Origin: Rhizaria sp. SCN 62-66
Taxonomy: Eukaryota
Length of the DNA: 53,428 nt
Reading direction: 5' to 3'
Assembly (NCBI GenBank): GCA_001724265.1
Contig: MEDY01000288.1
Span: 1-53,428, forward strand
The position numbers and the translations under genes were made by a program. The notes beneath the pieces are model-generated. The model made no database searches, was not told the DNA's origin, and saw nothing but the letters and a program-made list of their open reading frames with translations. Shown here in pieces: positions 12,308 through 25,800 of the stretch. Position 1 is the first letter of the stretch, and every line of letters begins with the position of its first letter.

Positions 12308-13489
12308 ATGGCGTCTTCCGCCGTGAAGCGGATGTCCCCGTACGACATCTGCGCCATGGTGAAGGAAATTGAGGCCTCCGCGCTGGGTCTCAAGGTGAAC
12401 AACCTCTACAGTCTCTCCAAGCGCTCATGCCTAATTAAGTTCATCGGCTCCCGCTCCCGCAGCTTCCTCGTCGTCTCGACTCAAAACGTCCACATCACGT
12501 CCTTCGAGTGTCAGCCCGACCCCACGCCCAACGCCTTCGCGCTCAAGCTGCGCAAGCACCTAAAGAACTTCCGTCTCACTGCGGTGCAGCAGCTCGGCTT
12601 CGACCGCGTGATCGACATGACCTTCGGCTACGGCGCCGGCGCGTATCACCTCATCGCCGAGCTCTACGGCACCGGCAACATTGTGCTCACCGACGCCGCG
12701 TACAACATTATCGCGCTGCTGCACCACCACTCCTACTCCGCGCCGCTCACCGGCGGCGCCCCCACCAACGCCAGCGGCTCCGACCCCTTCTCGCCCAACC
12801 CCGACGCCGACGCCGCCGCCTCGGCCGCGGGCGGCGCTGGCAGCGACGCGTCGCTGTTCACGTCCGTGGGCCGCTACGTGGCGCCCGTGGCGGCGACGTA
12901 CCCCGTTGGCTCCTTCGCGTCGCTGCCGCCGCGCGTGTCGCGCGCGACCGTGATGTCGCTGCTGCGCGCCAAGGCTGAGGCGCACTTCCAACTCCAGCAG
13001 AAGCGCGAGGCCGAGCGCCTCGCCGCTGAGGCCGCCGACGCCGCCGCCGGCGGCGCCCCCGCCAAGTCGGGCTTGGCCGCTGGCGCGACTGTGGGCGGCG
13101 GCAAGATGGGCAAGGCAGGCGGCAAGGGCGTGGCGGCGGCGTTCGGGCGCAAGGCGGGCACGCGCCGCGGCGGCGCTAAGAGCAAGAGCCGGCGCGAGGG
13201 CGCGGGCGACGCGCCCAGCGTGCGGCAATGTCTGTCTGAGTCCGTCTGGGGGCCGCACGCCGCGGCGCACGCGCTAGCCGTTGGCGGCGGCGGCGACGAC
13301 GACGGCGACTGCGGCATCGACGAGCTGCTCGAGGCCGCCGAGGAGGGCGATTACAGCGCCGTGGACCGCATTGTCAAGGGACTCCGGGCCTCGCTTGCGA
13401 CTGTGCTCATTATCAAAGGCCTCTCGACCGCAAACATCAACGCCAACAACAAGGACGATGACGCCGAGGACGCCACCGACACAGCCGAC

Positions 13490-13551
<62 letters not shown>

Positions 13552-16500
13552 CCACGCCCCCGGCTGGCTGCTCTCCAGCGTCGTCCCAGACCCCTTTACC
13601 TCCGCCACCACCGGTGCCACTGCGACTACGACTGCTCCTGCGCAGACCGCGGACGCCAGCGCCCCGGCCCCCGGGTCCGGCCTGCCCCCCGCGCCGGGCG
13701 CGGGCTTCGACGTGCAGTGCCGCGACCTGGCCTGCTTCCCCTTCGCGCACCTGGGCATCCCGGCGCGCGCCGCGCTCGAGTCCGCCGCGGCCGTGTTTGC
13801 CGCCGCCGCGCCCGCGCCCGCCGCGGCCGACGCGCTTGCCTGCGCCGTCGCCGACGTCCTCCTCGGGCAGCCTATCCCGGGCTCCAGCAACGCCGCTGCT
13901 GCTGAGGGCGCAGCGGAAATGGACGAGGAGGAGGCCGAGGCCGAGGCCGCGTACGGCGCCGCCGCCTACGACACCGCCCCCGTCACCGCCGCTCTCGAGG
14001 CCGCACTCTCCGGCCCCGGCTCTAGCGCGGGCGCGAGCGCGAGTGCGAGTGCCGGCGCTAGCGAGCACCTGACCGCGCTGTTGTCGCTGGCGATGCTGCC
14101 CGCGACGGCAGAGCTGGCGGCTCACTACGCCGCCGCCGCCGCCCGGGCCGCCGCGCGCGACGAGACCGCGCTGGCGTGGCGTCCTACGGCGACCTTCACG
14201 CAGGCCTGCGACACGTACTACGCCTCCAAGGACGCCCTCCGCGAGCGCGCGCGCGCGAGCAAGGCCAAGGAGGCGGTGCGCGCCAAGGTCGACCGCGTCA
14301 AAGCCGACTTCAACAAGCTCGCCAACACGCTGCAGGACTCGGCCGCGGCGGCGCGGCTGCGCGCCGAGCTGCTGACGGCCTGCGCCGAGCCCGCGACGCA
14401 GGCCGTGCGCGCTGTCAGCGACTTGCTGGCGCGGAAGCGGCCGTGGGACGCGATCGAGCAGGTGCTCCAGCAGGAGCGCGAGCGGCTTAACCCCATCGCG
14501 ATGATCGTCTCGCGTGTCGACTTCGTCAAGAAGGAGGTTGACCTCAAGCTGAGCTGGCAGCTCGCCCACGTGCGCCGCGACATCGAGCGCGAACTCGTGG
14601 TGCGGCAGCAGCGCAAGGCCGCGGCAGAGGCGGAAGAGCGGCGCCGGCAGGAGAGCTTTGCGCCCCTCGCTGCGGGCGGGCTGCTCGGCGACGACAGCGA
14701 CGACGGCGGCGACGGCGACGGCGACGATGGCAATAGCGGCGGGGAGAAGCGGTTCAACAGCAAGCTTCACAAGCAGCAGCAGGAGGAGGACGAGCAGGAG
14801 GAGGCCGACCGTGACATCGCTGCTGCAGAGGCCGCTGAGGCCGCCAAGGCCGCTGAGAAGGCAAACAACAGCGACGCCGACGATGATGACGACGACGAGG
14901 ATGTTGCCGAGGACGACGTCGACTCATCGTCCCACAACCACGCCGACGATGACAACGAGGACAACGAAGAGGAAGAGGAGGAGGAGGAGCAGCACGAGAC
15001 CGCCGCTGAACGCGCGGCCACCGACGCCCGCGCGCGCGCCGCAGCGGCCAAGGCGCAGAAGGAGCTGGAGCGTCAGCCCGGCCAGGTCGGCCACCCCGTG
15101 ACGGTCACCGTTCCGATGAACCAGTCGGTCATGCGCACGGTCGCGGACCTGTACGAGCTCGCGGCGCGCACCCGCAGTAAGCTCGAGACCACGGTCGCGC
15201 AGTCGGCGCGCGTAGTGGCGTCGGTCGAGAGCGAGAGCGCGCGCGACCTGGCCAAGATCCGCGAGGCCGTGCTCAAGGTCCGCCGGAAGCCGCTCTGGTT
15301 CGAGAAGTTTGCTTGGTTCATCACCAGCGAAGGGTACGTGCCTTTATCGCTACTTTTATATCTCCGCAAACTGACATGATTTATCTTGAACTCTTCATAT
15401 TTCAAACTGTATAATTAAAAATATTTCCACTTTTTATCACTGTTGACTTAAGCTAATATACCCCCCATTCTTTTGTATCTTTTCCTTGCTCTTTTGCCCC
15501 GCAGCTACCTCGTCGTGGCCGGCTGCGACGCGACGCAGAACGACGTGCTGGTGAAGAAGTACATGGGCCGCCATGACATCTACCTGCACGCCGACGTGCA
15601 CGGCGCCGCCTCAGTCATCATCAAGAACGACCCGGTCGCCACCGCCCCCGCCGACGGCGACAATGCCGCCGCCGCGGCCGAGGGCGGCAGCGGCGAAGAC
15701 GGCGGCGACGGCGGCTTCCGCATGGTGCCGCAGATGTCGTTGGAGCAGGCCGCGTGCTTCGCCGTGGCGCGCTCGGTGGCCTGGACCAACAACTCGCACA
15801 ACGAGAAGGTCTACTGGGTCCGCGCCCACCAGGTACGTTTGTTGCGTCTCGCAAAACACACAACAATTGGAGATATATACGCTTTCATGCTGGAACAAAG
15901 GTTTTGTATCTTGACTTCTGACTCCATTATCTAACGCTTTTATTTCTATTTTTCAATGATTTATTTTTTTCTGTGATACATCCACAGGTCTCGAAAATCC
16001 CTCCCACGGGTATGTACCTCGAGCACGGCTCCTTCATGATCCGCGGCCTCAAGACGTACATCAACCCTGGCCCGCTCATCATGGGCGTGGGGCTGCTGTT
16101 CAAGCTCGAGGGCGAGGAGGCCCTGCGCCGCCACGCCGGCGACCGCCGCGTCCGCGCCTCCGCCTCCGCCGTCACCACAGACGCTGCGGATGCCGCTGCG
16201 ACGGGTGACGTGTCCCGCGGCCGCGCGCTGATGGCCGAGGCGATGAACCAGCAGCAGCTACGCCTGCATGGCGTTGCTGCGCAGACCGAGACCGATGCCG
16301 AGACGGCTGCGGCCAAGGGCGCCGCGCGCGCTGCACGCAAAGCCGCCACCGCCGCCGCCAGTGCGCCTGCGACCGATGTAGCTAAGGCCGAGGCTCAGGG
16401 CGATGACGACGACAACTTCGCGAGCGCGCTGCTCGGCATGCTTGTTGGCGGCGCCGGCGCTGAGGCTGAGGCTGAGGTTGAGGCTGATAAGGACAGCGGC

Positions 16501-18116
16501 GACGACGACGATGAGGAGGAGGAGGAGGAGGAGGAGGAGGAGGAGACTACTGCTTCCAAGCCCGCCCCCGAGAGCGACAATGACGACGACGAGGAAGAGG
16601 AGGAGGATGAGGCCGACGGCGGCAGCAGCCAGGTGACCGTGAGCAGCACCGCCCCTGCAGCCAGCGCTGGCGGCGGCGTGTCCGCCTACGAGCGGCGCGA
16701 GATGAAGAAGCGCGGCCTGACTTTGGAGCAAGTCCGCGCCGCCAAGGCCGAGAAGGACGCCGCTGCCGCCGCTGCTGCTGCGGCCGCCGGCCGTCCTGAG
16801 AGCGGGGACGATGCCGTTCACTCTAAGACTTCAGCTAAGACTCAGAAGCAGCAGCAGCAGCAGCCGAACCAGCAACAGCAGCCTGGTAAGGCCGGCAGCG
16901 GAAAGGCCCTGAGCAAGACTCAGAAGGCGCGTCTGGCCAAGTATGAGCTGCAGGACGAGGAGGACAAGATGTTGATGGCGGCCAAGTACGGCTTCCAACA
17001 GAAGAAGGCCGCCAAGGCCGACGACGACGCTGACAGCGACGACGACGACGGCAACGCGGGCAAGAAGGGCGGCAAGGGGGCCAAGGGCGGAAAGGCCGGC
17101 AAGGGCGCCAAGGATGGCAAGGGCGGTGCCGCGAACGCCAAGGGCGGCCAACCCAAGCCCCAGCAGCAGCAGCAGCAGCAGGGCCAGAAGGGATCTCAGC
17201 AGGGTCAGGGCGACTGGAAGCAGAAGCAGCAGCAACAGCAGCAGCAGAAGCAGAAGGGCGGCGACAGCGCTGGCGCCGCCGGCGCGGGCGCTGCTGGCGA
17301 CGAGGACGACGACAACACAGCCGAGGTCGTCGCGCTCACTGCAGGCACCACCTCCACGGTACGCAAAACAACAAACTCTTTTCAACTGCGTATCTAACGA
17401 CTTTAACACTTGTATCCATAAGCTAAACTTGCACAGCAGTTTTATTTATTGATTTTTATGTACATCTTTATTTTTATGTCACTAAGCTCACATATCACGC
17501 TTCATATCTTATTTTTCTTCTTTCGATGTTTGTTGTCGTTTTCACTCAGCTCGCCGCGCTGACCCCGCGCCCGATCCCCGGCCTGGACTCGATCTCCAGC
17601 GCGATCCCCATGGTTGCGCCCTTCTCCGCGCTGTCCGACTTTGCCTACCGCGTCAAGCTGCTCCCGGGCGGCGGCAAGAAGGGCGCCGTCGTCCGCGACT
17701 GCATACAGCTCTTCAAGGCCGCAGTACACGCCGCCGCGGGCACACGCGACGCCGCCACCGCGGGCGCAGGCAAGAAGGCCAAGGCGCGCGCCGCGGCCGC
17801 TGCTGCGGCGGCGCTGGGCGGCACCAAGGGCAAGGGCCGCTACGCCACCGGCGCTGGTGCTGGCGCTGGCGACGGTGACGCGAACGATGACTCCGAGGAC
17901 GACCAGAACGAGGAGAACGAGGAGGAGGCGGTGAGCCCCGAGGCCGTGGCGCAGGGCTTTGTGCGCCAGAGCGAGCTGCTGCAGCAGATGAACGAGAACG
18001 AGTTCATCGCGGCGCTGCTGCCCAACTGCAAGGTCATGGCGCCCGGCATCGCGGCCATGCATAGCAAGGTCAAGAAGGACAAGAAGAAGCAGGCGCAGCA
18101 GCAGGCCAAGAAGTAA
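12308..18116 (+). CDS. NEMF: Ribosome quality-control factor NEMF/Rqc2 (NFACT family), 4 exons, ~1763 aa
   Basis: Exons 12308-15333, 15505-15832, 15988-17358 and 17550-18116 join in frame through GT-AG introns. NFACT-N motifs: RMSPYDI, FALKLRKHL, QLGFDRVID, LIAELYGTGNIVLTD. NFACT-R motifs: WFEKFAWFITSEGYLVV, DIYLHADVHGAAS, QVSK.PPTG.YL..GSFMIRG. NFACT-C motif: AIPMVAPFSALSDFAYRVKLLPG..KKG. Confidence 0.95.
13491..13550 (+). repeat. Perfect (CTG/GCT)~20 trinucleotide tract encoding poly-Ala within NEMF
   Basis: An uninterrupted ctg repeat over 60 nt is directly visible. Confidence 0.9.
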
Positions 18117-18374
18117 GCCGCTGTGCTGCTGCTAAAAATAATATCACACACCTCTACTGTAGACAAAAATGATGTATGCTCTGTAAGACTAGTTTTAAAT
18201 AAAAAATGTAATTTGATTCTTATCAAAAGTGGATGTTTGTATTGCTTCATGTCACGCTCTCCAAAGGCAGCAGCTGTTAACAGACGAGCCTGAAGTACGT
18301 GCAGATTATAGAATAAACTGTTCAAATAACTGTTCCCTGCGCAAGCTTACGCTTTATATGACGAAGAACGCGCC

Positions 18375-19635
18375 TTACATAGCGGCCATGCGGATAGAAC
18401 CGTCGAGGCGCGAGACGGTGCCGTTGAGGTAGCCGTTGGTGACAGTGTGCAGCGCGGCGTCGGCGAACTCCTCGGGGTCGCCCAGGCGGCGCGGGAACGG
18501 AACCTGGCCGCTGTTGCCAAAGTTCACAGGTGAGATCAGCACAGCAATGATCAGAACGAGAATGTGAGAGAGTGAGATTGTGTGAGATGTATCAATGTTG
18601 CGTTTGTGTGAGGTCAAGTAAAATAAAGATATGGCAGAGGTATGGTACGAACCTGAGCGACTCCTGCGCCTTCTTGGGCAGCGTCTGCATCATGGGCGTA
18701 AGGAAGAGCCCGGGCGCAATGGTGTTGACGCGGACGGCGAACATGGCCAGCTCGCGCGCCAGCGGCAGCGTCATGGCGGCGACGGCGCCCTTGGCGGCCG
18801 AGTACGCGGCCTGGCCCACCTGGCCCTCAAAGGCGGCCACGGAGGCCACGTTGAGAATCACGCCGCGCTCGCCATCGTAGAGCTCCTGGGGACAAGTGTA
18901 AGTCAAACGCAATCGCAACGAGTAACAGATAGAGTGAGTCAAACTGTGATAATGATGTCTATGAGACAGTTGACAGTTACAACCGTCAATCAACTTGACG
19001 CAAAAACATGAATGCTGCCCAAATGTACAAACGCGCATACCTGCTTAGCCATGATGGGGAGCGCAAGGCGGACGAGGTTGAAGGTACCGTGGAGGTTAAC
19101 CTTGATGACCTTGTCGAAGTGCTCCAGCGAGTGCACGGCGCCGGTGCGGGACAGCACGCGGCACGGGGCTGAAATGCCGGCGCTGTTCACGACAACGTGA
19201 ATCTCGCCGAATTTGGCCACGGTCGCAGCCAAAGCCTTAGAAACGGACTCTGAACACACAAAAGGCAAGAAAACGCAATCGAGACGGCAGGTTTGTTGAG
19301 ACGTGACAACTCAGTACAGATACAGGTGTTAAAAAATGCATAACAGCGGATGCAGAGTATTAAATTTCGGCATTGGGTGTAAACTGCATACTATTTCGAG
19401 TAAGTCTATTATGCTTGTCGCGAGGAGTGAATCTATGTCACGTACCCTCGTTGGTAACATCGACCTGCTGGAACAAGATCTTGGAAGGGTTGGTCGCAGC
19501 AAACTCCTTGCCAGCCTCGGCGGAGACATCAAAGATAGCAACATTGCCGCCCTCCTTAAGAAACTTGTCGGCAAACGCACGGCCCAAACCGCTTGCGCCG
19601 CCCGTAATCACAGCAGTACGACCAGGAACCTTCAT
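18375..19635 (-). CDS. HSD17B10: 3-hydroxyacyl-CoA dehydrogenase type-2 / HSD17B10-like short-chain dehydrogenase, 4 exons, 255 aa
   Basis: Exons 19635-19446, 19249-19041, 18885-18653 and 18510-18375 total 768 nt in frame. Motifs: [51 protein letters not shown] (YxxxK), [40 protein letters not shown]. Confidence 0.92.
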
Positions 19636-19831
19636 GGCAACGCTAAGCTGAGAGTTCAAAAGGGAGAGAAGAAGGGGGAGTCGCGCAAGAGGTCGTAGAG
19701 AGATATAAAACAGCTTGGAAATGAATAAATAAGGATTATTGTATATTGTATATTTTTAATACTATATAACCTAAGTAAAGTCTGTTGCACGATCAGTTAA
19801 TCAATTTAAATGCCGAAAAGTAAACCCCGAC

Positions 19832-22800
19832 TCACGTCCTTGTCGCCCGATCCACCGCCCAAAGCAGCGCCACAAGCGCCGCAACAGCCCACCCGGCTCC
19901 CAGCTTGTCCATAACAGTACGAAACAGTTGCATCAGGGGGTGTGACGGTACGCTAAACATGGTCATGGAATCTGCGTTCGCAGAGGAGACTGGCTTTGTG
20001 TTCGTATCAAGGGTAAGAGCGAATTTGTTGTCGCTGTCCCTGTCGCCGCTGTCACGGCGCTGGCGACTGTGTCCGCGACTGTGAGCGCCAACAGCGCTCG
20101 CACTCGTGCTACTCGCCACTAGCTTGCTACTGCTGCTGCTACTGCCGCTACCAACGTTGTCTTTGTCCGTCTCCCTGTTGTGTTCGCGGTCACGCTCACG
20201 GTCACGCTGCTCACGGTCGCGGTTTGCACTGCTGCCGGCGGTGCTGGCGAGGACGAGGGCGCTTGAAGCCACCACAACAGGCATCGGCGGCGGCGGCAGC
20301 AGCAGCGGCACGCTCGCAGTCGCGCCACGCGCACTCGCATGGGCGCCACCGCCGATAGCGCTGCCGTTGCCGTTGATCGTGGAAGTGCGTGTGAGCGACT
20401 GCGAGCGCGACTGCGGCCGGGACTGCAACCGCGACTGCGGACGCGGCCGGTTACTGTCGCCAGTGAACGCACCGGTGTGAGGGACCACGAGAGCATCTGA
20501 GTCAGCTGCTGCGTCTGCGTCTAAGTAGGTGCCTGGCGAGTCCAAATGGTTCGAGTCCAGTGGCGGCAACGAGTCCAGGGGAGAAAGAGAGTCCAGGTGG
20601 TGATTGTAGTCATAGTTCCGACCATGTGACTGTGGGTGAGACTGAGAGTGCGACTGAGAGCGCGTCTGCGGCGGCGTGCGCAGAGTCAAAGCAGTGGCAG
20701 GAATCACCAAAGCGCCGCTGCTCGCGTCGTTAGCGTGGTGGGTGCTATCGCTCTTGAGCCGCAGCTGCGGCGGCGACAGCAGCAGCGGCCGCCACTGGTG
20801 CTGATCTTGCTCCGGCTCCCACTGGTGACCGCGACTGCTGAGAACAACGGCGTGACTGCTCGCGGCTGCGCTCGCCGCCGCGTTGCTCGAGCTGACACCG
20901 GATCCCCCGTGAGCATGCATGCCACCGCTGCCGACAGTCGAGCTGGCACGAACACTGGCATTGACGCCGGTATTAGCGTCGTCACTCGCAGCGTCATCGC
21001 CCGCGTTCGCACTCGCGCTGCTGTTGTTCAGCGCGGCCTCGGCCTCGGCGACCGCGGACTGGAACTGCGGGTCCGCCAGCGCCTGCTGCATCGTGGGCCG
21101 CTTGCGCGGGTCGCCGCGCAGCAGCCAGCGCAGCAGCCGTCGCAGCGCGCGCGACCGCGGGACCGTGTTCACGGCAACGCCGCCGCCGTTCGGCGCGAGG
21201 AGCGCGGCGCTGGCGTCTGCGACAGTGGCGGGGCCGCAGGACGAGGGGTGTAAGGGGCCCTGGGACTGGTGTAAGTACCCCTTAGAGCAGAACTCGGCCT
21301 CGTCGGGGAACAACGCAATCTCGCTGTTGGCGTGCTGCGACCCCGTACCGTCGCGAGACTGCTGCTGTTGCTGTTGGTGCTGCTCACGGCCGCACTTGCA
21401 GGCGGAATCGCAGCCGCAGTCGCCGCTGCCGTCGGCAAAGGCGTCGACAATACAGAGCCACTGCGCAATGACGTGGCTGCAGTCACCAGCGACACCGCTT
21501 CTGGACCCAGATCTTTGAGTCGCGTTTGTGCTTTCGCGCGCGAGCGCTCCGTTACGCAGCAGATACGCGCAGCGCTGCGCAATCTTGACCCAGTCGCCGC
21601 TGTCGGCAACGCCGCTACCGCCCACGCTCGCGCTGCACTTGGTGCATGCACAGCTTTGAGCGCCACTCTTGCTGTTGTAGCTGATGTTGGCGTCGGCAGC
21701 AGACGGCACAAACGGCAGCTGCGCGTACGCAGTGTGGTACAGCGTCGCGCCCAGAGACCACACGTCGACAGCGCGGGGATCCGCGGCCGGCGCGGCAAGC
21801 ACGCGCAGCAGCGCCAGCGCCTCCCCAGCCTCGTCACTATGGCCGCCCGCATCCTTACTATGGGCTGCCAGGATGGCGCGCGCGAGCAGCTCCGGGGCCG
21901 CGTACTGCAGCGTTCCCGAAGCCCCCACCGCGCCTGAGCCGCCGTCCTTGCTCCACCCGCCGGCACTACCGCCGCCGGCCGCGCTCTCAGTCCCATGAGA
22001 GGATGATGAGGAGGAGGATGAGGCAGGGCTCGAGTCAGTGTTGCTGCTGCTCGCAATGTTCGCAAGATTGGGAGAAAAGAGGAGAGTGTGCGAGGGCCGC
22101 GCGGCGCCAAAGTCGGCCAGAATCGCCCGTGTGAACGCAGGGGGCGGCTTGACATAGCCAGCGACGGCAAGCGAAGACGGCGCCTGCGGCAGCACGTGGT
22201 AGGGATACGAGGGCGCGTAGGTCATCGTCGACGCCTGCGTAAACATGCTCATCGAAGTCACATCAGCTGCCGTCAAGGCGGCTGTGGGGAAGAGAGGAAG
22301 ATAGACGCCAACACGCGCGCCCTCCGCCAGGCCGATGACGCCGCGGAGCCCGGTCCCGGCCTCGGCGCCAGTGCCAGGGACAACTCCAGCTTCAGTGTCC
22401 GTCTCAGCCTCGGCAGGCTCAGTACTGCGGCCGCGGCTGTGACCGCGAGCGTAACCGTGACAGTGGCGACTCGAGCTGTCGCTGCCTTCGCCGTCGCCGT
22501 CGTCAGCGCCGACGCCGTTCGCGTGCGTGCTCTTGTTGTTAGAGCGCAGGAATGTGGCCGCGGTGGCGTTGGCATCGGCAGACGCAAGCAGCACGTTCTC
22601 CGGCTTGATATCCCTGTGCACTAGCCCGCGCCGGTGCAGCGAAGTCAGGCCGCGCGCGATGTCGTGCGCCACGGCCCACACCAGCGGCTCCCACAGCAGC
22701 AGCGCGTCCGGATTCGCGATCGTGGAACACGACTCCGAGCGTGCCGCCGCGTGGGCGCGCGCGCACGAGCAGGAGCGAGCGCCCACAGCAGCGCTTGCGG

Positions 22801-25800
22801 CGGATGTTGTTGTGGTCAGGCGCGCGCGCGTGCGAGCCCTGAGGCGGGCGAGCGCGCTCGCGGGCGCTGAAGGCGTCGTGACACGCGTGATGCGCGAGTC
22901 CAGCACAGGCACGTACTTAGACTGGCTAAGTGGTCCCTTAAACTCGCCCTGGGTCCCGCTCTCGCTCTGGCTCTCGACGGTGACCGCCTGGACGGCGGCG
23001 GGCGCGACGAGGTCGAGCAGCGAGCCGGCGTCGGCGAACTCCATCAGCAGAAACAGACACGGCACGGGCGGCCCGAAGTCCGAGTACTGCGCGTTCTCCA
23101 CCCACACGTGGTGGTAGCTCAGCACGTAGGGCGAGAAGACCGAGTCAACCGCGCGCACCTCGCGCACGGCGCGTGCCAGCCACTCGCGCGCGTCGCCGAT
23201 GGGGACCTTTTTGACCGCAAAGAGCCCGAGCTGGATACCGTCGAGCACGTGAGACGCCAGCCACACGCCGCCCCCGCTGCCGCGGCCGAGCTTCCGCAGC
23301 TCCTGAAAGAAGCGCGCGTAGTAGCCCGTGTTGAAGGCGGCTGCGGACAGTGATGCGTACTGCGGCGGCGGCTGCGACTGGGAGGATGTCGAAGTCGCAG
23401 TTGCAGTGACTGTTTCTGAAGGTGTGGAGGTGATGACAGCGGCCGTACTCGCTGTTGTTGCCGTGGCAGTGCTTTGCTCTTGCTCAGCGTCATCGAGCTC
23501 AGACGGCTGCGTCATGAAAGTGGCGTCCTGCTCCTCGGCGTCGGCAATGTAAGTGCTGCTGGAAGCGGCAGTGTAAGTGCCCGAGTCCGAGAAGGGGTCA
23601 TACTCGCACAAGTCACGGGTGCTCACGCTGGACACAGGGGCACTGACATTGGCCAGTGCGGTACTGCCCTTAGACGCAGGCGGTAACTTAGAGAGGGAAG
23701 TGCTCAGATTGCTCGAGCTGAAGCTGCCGTTTGTGTCAGCGTCAGCGCTGTCAGCGTCAATGTCGCTCAGGGTAGACTGTTGTTGCACTCGCTGCTCACG
23801 ATGCTCTTGTTGAGCAAACGAAGCGCGGTGACCGTGACGACTGCGGCTGCGGTCGCGGTCAGGATCGCCATGACCGTCGCGGCCACGGCCACGGTCACGG
23901 TCACGGTGCTCCGTCTCAGTCCGCTTGCTGTGACTGCGCGCGTGAGGGCGGGCGTACGCACTCGTGCTGGCTCCCTCGGTGTAGCCGGCGCCGCCGTCGT
24001 AAGCTCCGGCGCCGTATGCTCCGCTCTTGAACGGACTGGGGAACGGGTAAGGACTCGGCCGGACGCCCGGCGAGTGACTGTGAGCCGCGGCGGTGGTAGC
24101 AGCAGTTGCAGAGGCAGGAATTGGTGCAGATGCAGCGGCAGCTGCAGCAGCAGAGCTTGTGCCAGCTGAGACTGAGGCAACCGCGGCAGCGGCAGCAGCG
24201 ACTGCAGCAGCGGCCGCAGCAGCAGCAGCCGCGGCAGCAATCGCGTTCGCATTTACACTCGCGCTTGCTTTGGCTTTGCTGGCTTTCCCGTGTTCGCTCG
24301 TGCTCGCACTACCAGTGACGGCAGCAGCAGCGGCGGCAGCAGCAGCCGCCGCGGCAGCAGCGGCGGAGGCAGAGACTGGGACCGAGGTTGCTGCTGCTTT
24401 GGCAAGCACAATCGGCGAGATACGAGTGAAATAAGCCGCGAGGACCGAGAAAATTCCTTCACGCAGGTCGATAAATGCATTGTTATCCTCTTCATCGATG
24501 TCGTAGTCGACGCCAGACTGGCTATAGCGAGCGCTGCCGCTGCCGCTACTGGTCCTACTGCCGCTACCAATGTTTTCACTCTTTTGAGCAAGGTTGGTCG
24601 GAGGGCTGTTGATGCTGCGCGGACTACTAAGACTATCTGGGCTGTTGTTGTTGTTGTTGTTGTTATTGTTATATACAGATGCAAACTGCGGCACAAACGA
24701 GAGGACAGCGGGGTAATTGTGCGGAGTGCCGATTTCACTCCCGCTCGCAGTCTTGCTCGTCGGGGAAACCTTGTCGCCAGTCTCAAGGGCGAACGCAGGC
24801 CCCGGAACAGCGGACGGCGGCAGCATTGGCAGCAACAGTGGCGACCGCGCGGGGGCCGCGCGCGAGTGACCGTGAGCAGCCAAGTGACCGTGGACAGCGC
24901 GGGAGTGACCGTGGGCGTGACCGTGGGCGCCCGCATCCGTGTAAGCGCCCTTAGAACGACTGTACTCACTCAGCCCGCCGCTACTGCCGCCGCTCGTGGC
25001 ACCCCGCCTGCCACTCTGACTGCCAGCACTCGCGCCTGCGTTGGTGAGTGCGTTGGACGACAGAGGTTGATGATGCCGGTGGGCCAAGAGCTCGAAATAG
25101 GTTCGAGGTGGCGGCAAAACAAGTGCGTTCACCAGGCTACGGTCGTTCCCATCGCTCCCCGCAGAGCCAATGTTGATGTCGTTGTCGTTTTCGTCGATAA
25201 TAATGTTGCTGTTGCTGTTGCTTGTGAGCGCGTTTGTGTTGGCAACACTGGTAATGGGGGTCAGCGCATAGGTGTTGTTGCTGTTGATCTTGCTCTTGTT
25301 TTGTGAGTAAATAATAGCATTGGCCTTCTTCGCACGCGCGCCGTACGCGGGGCGGCTTTGAGCAGCAAAATCTTTTGCAGCAACAGAGTCAGAATCAAAC
25401 TGAAAGTCGCTCTCAACTTCGTCGCCACGGCGGCGACCGACAAGCTGACCCGTTTGACTGGTATCGCGCTCATCACAGTGGCCGCCCGCATCCGGCTCGA
25501 CCTCGTGCTCCCACTCGCTTTCGCTTTCGCTTTCGGCGCCGGCCACAACTGTCGCGGCGCCGGTCGGCGCAGTGGCGCTTAGCGCAACTGTGCCCGCCTT
25601 GCTGTGCTTGGACGCGATCTTCTTCGCAGGCGACGCGACGACCAAGGCCCCGGTCAGCGGCGACGCCTCGCGGGCAGCGCCGCCCACAGCAGAGCTGCGG
25701 CTCACAACTGCGGTCGTCAGAGCAGTTTCAGAGTCGCTCTCAATACCGTCGTTGCTGATGTCGACTGCCGTCGTCCCTGCCCCGACCGTCGCCGCCGCCG

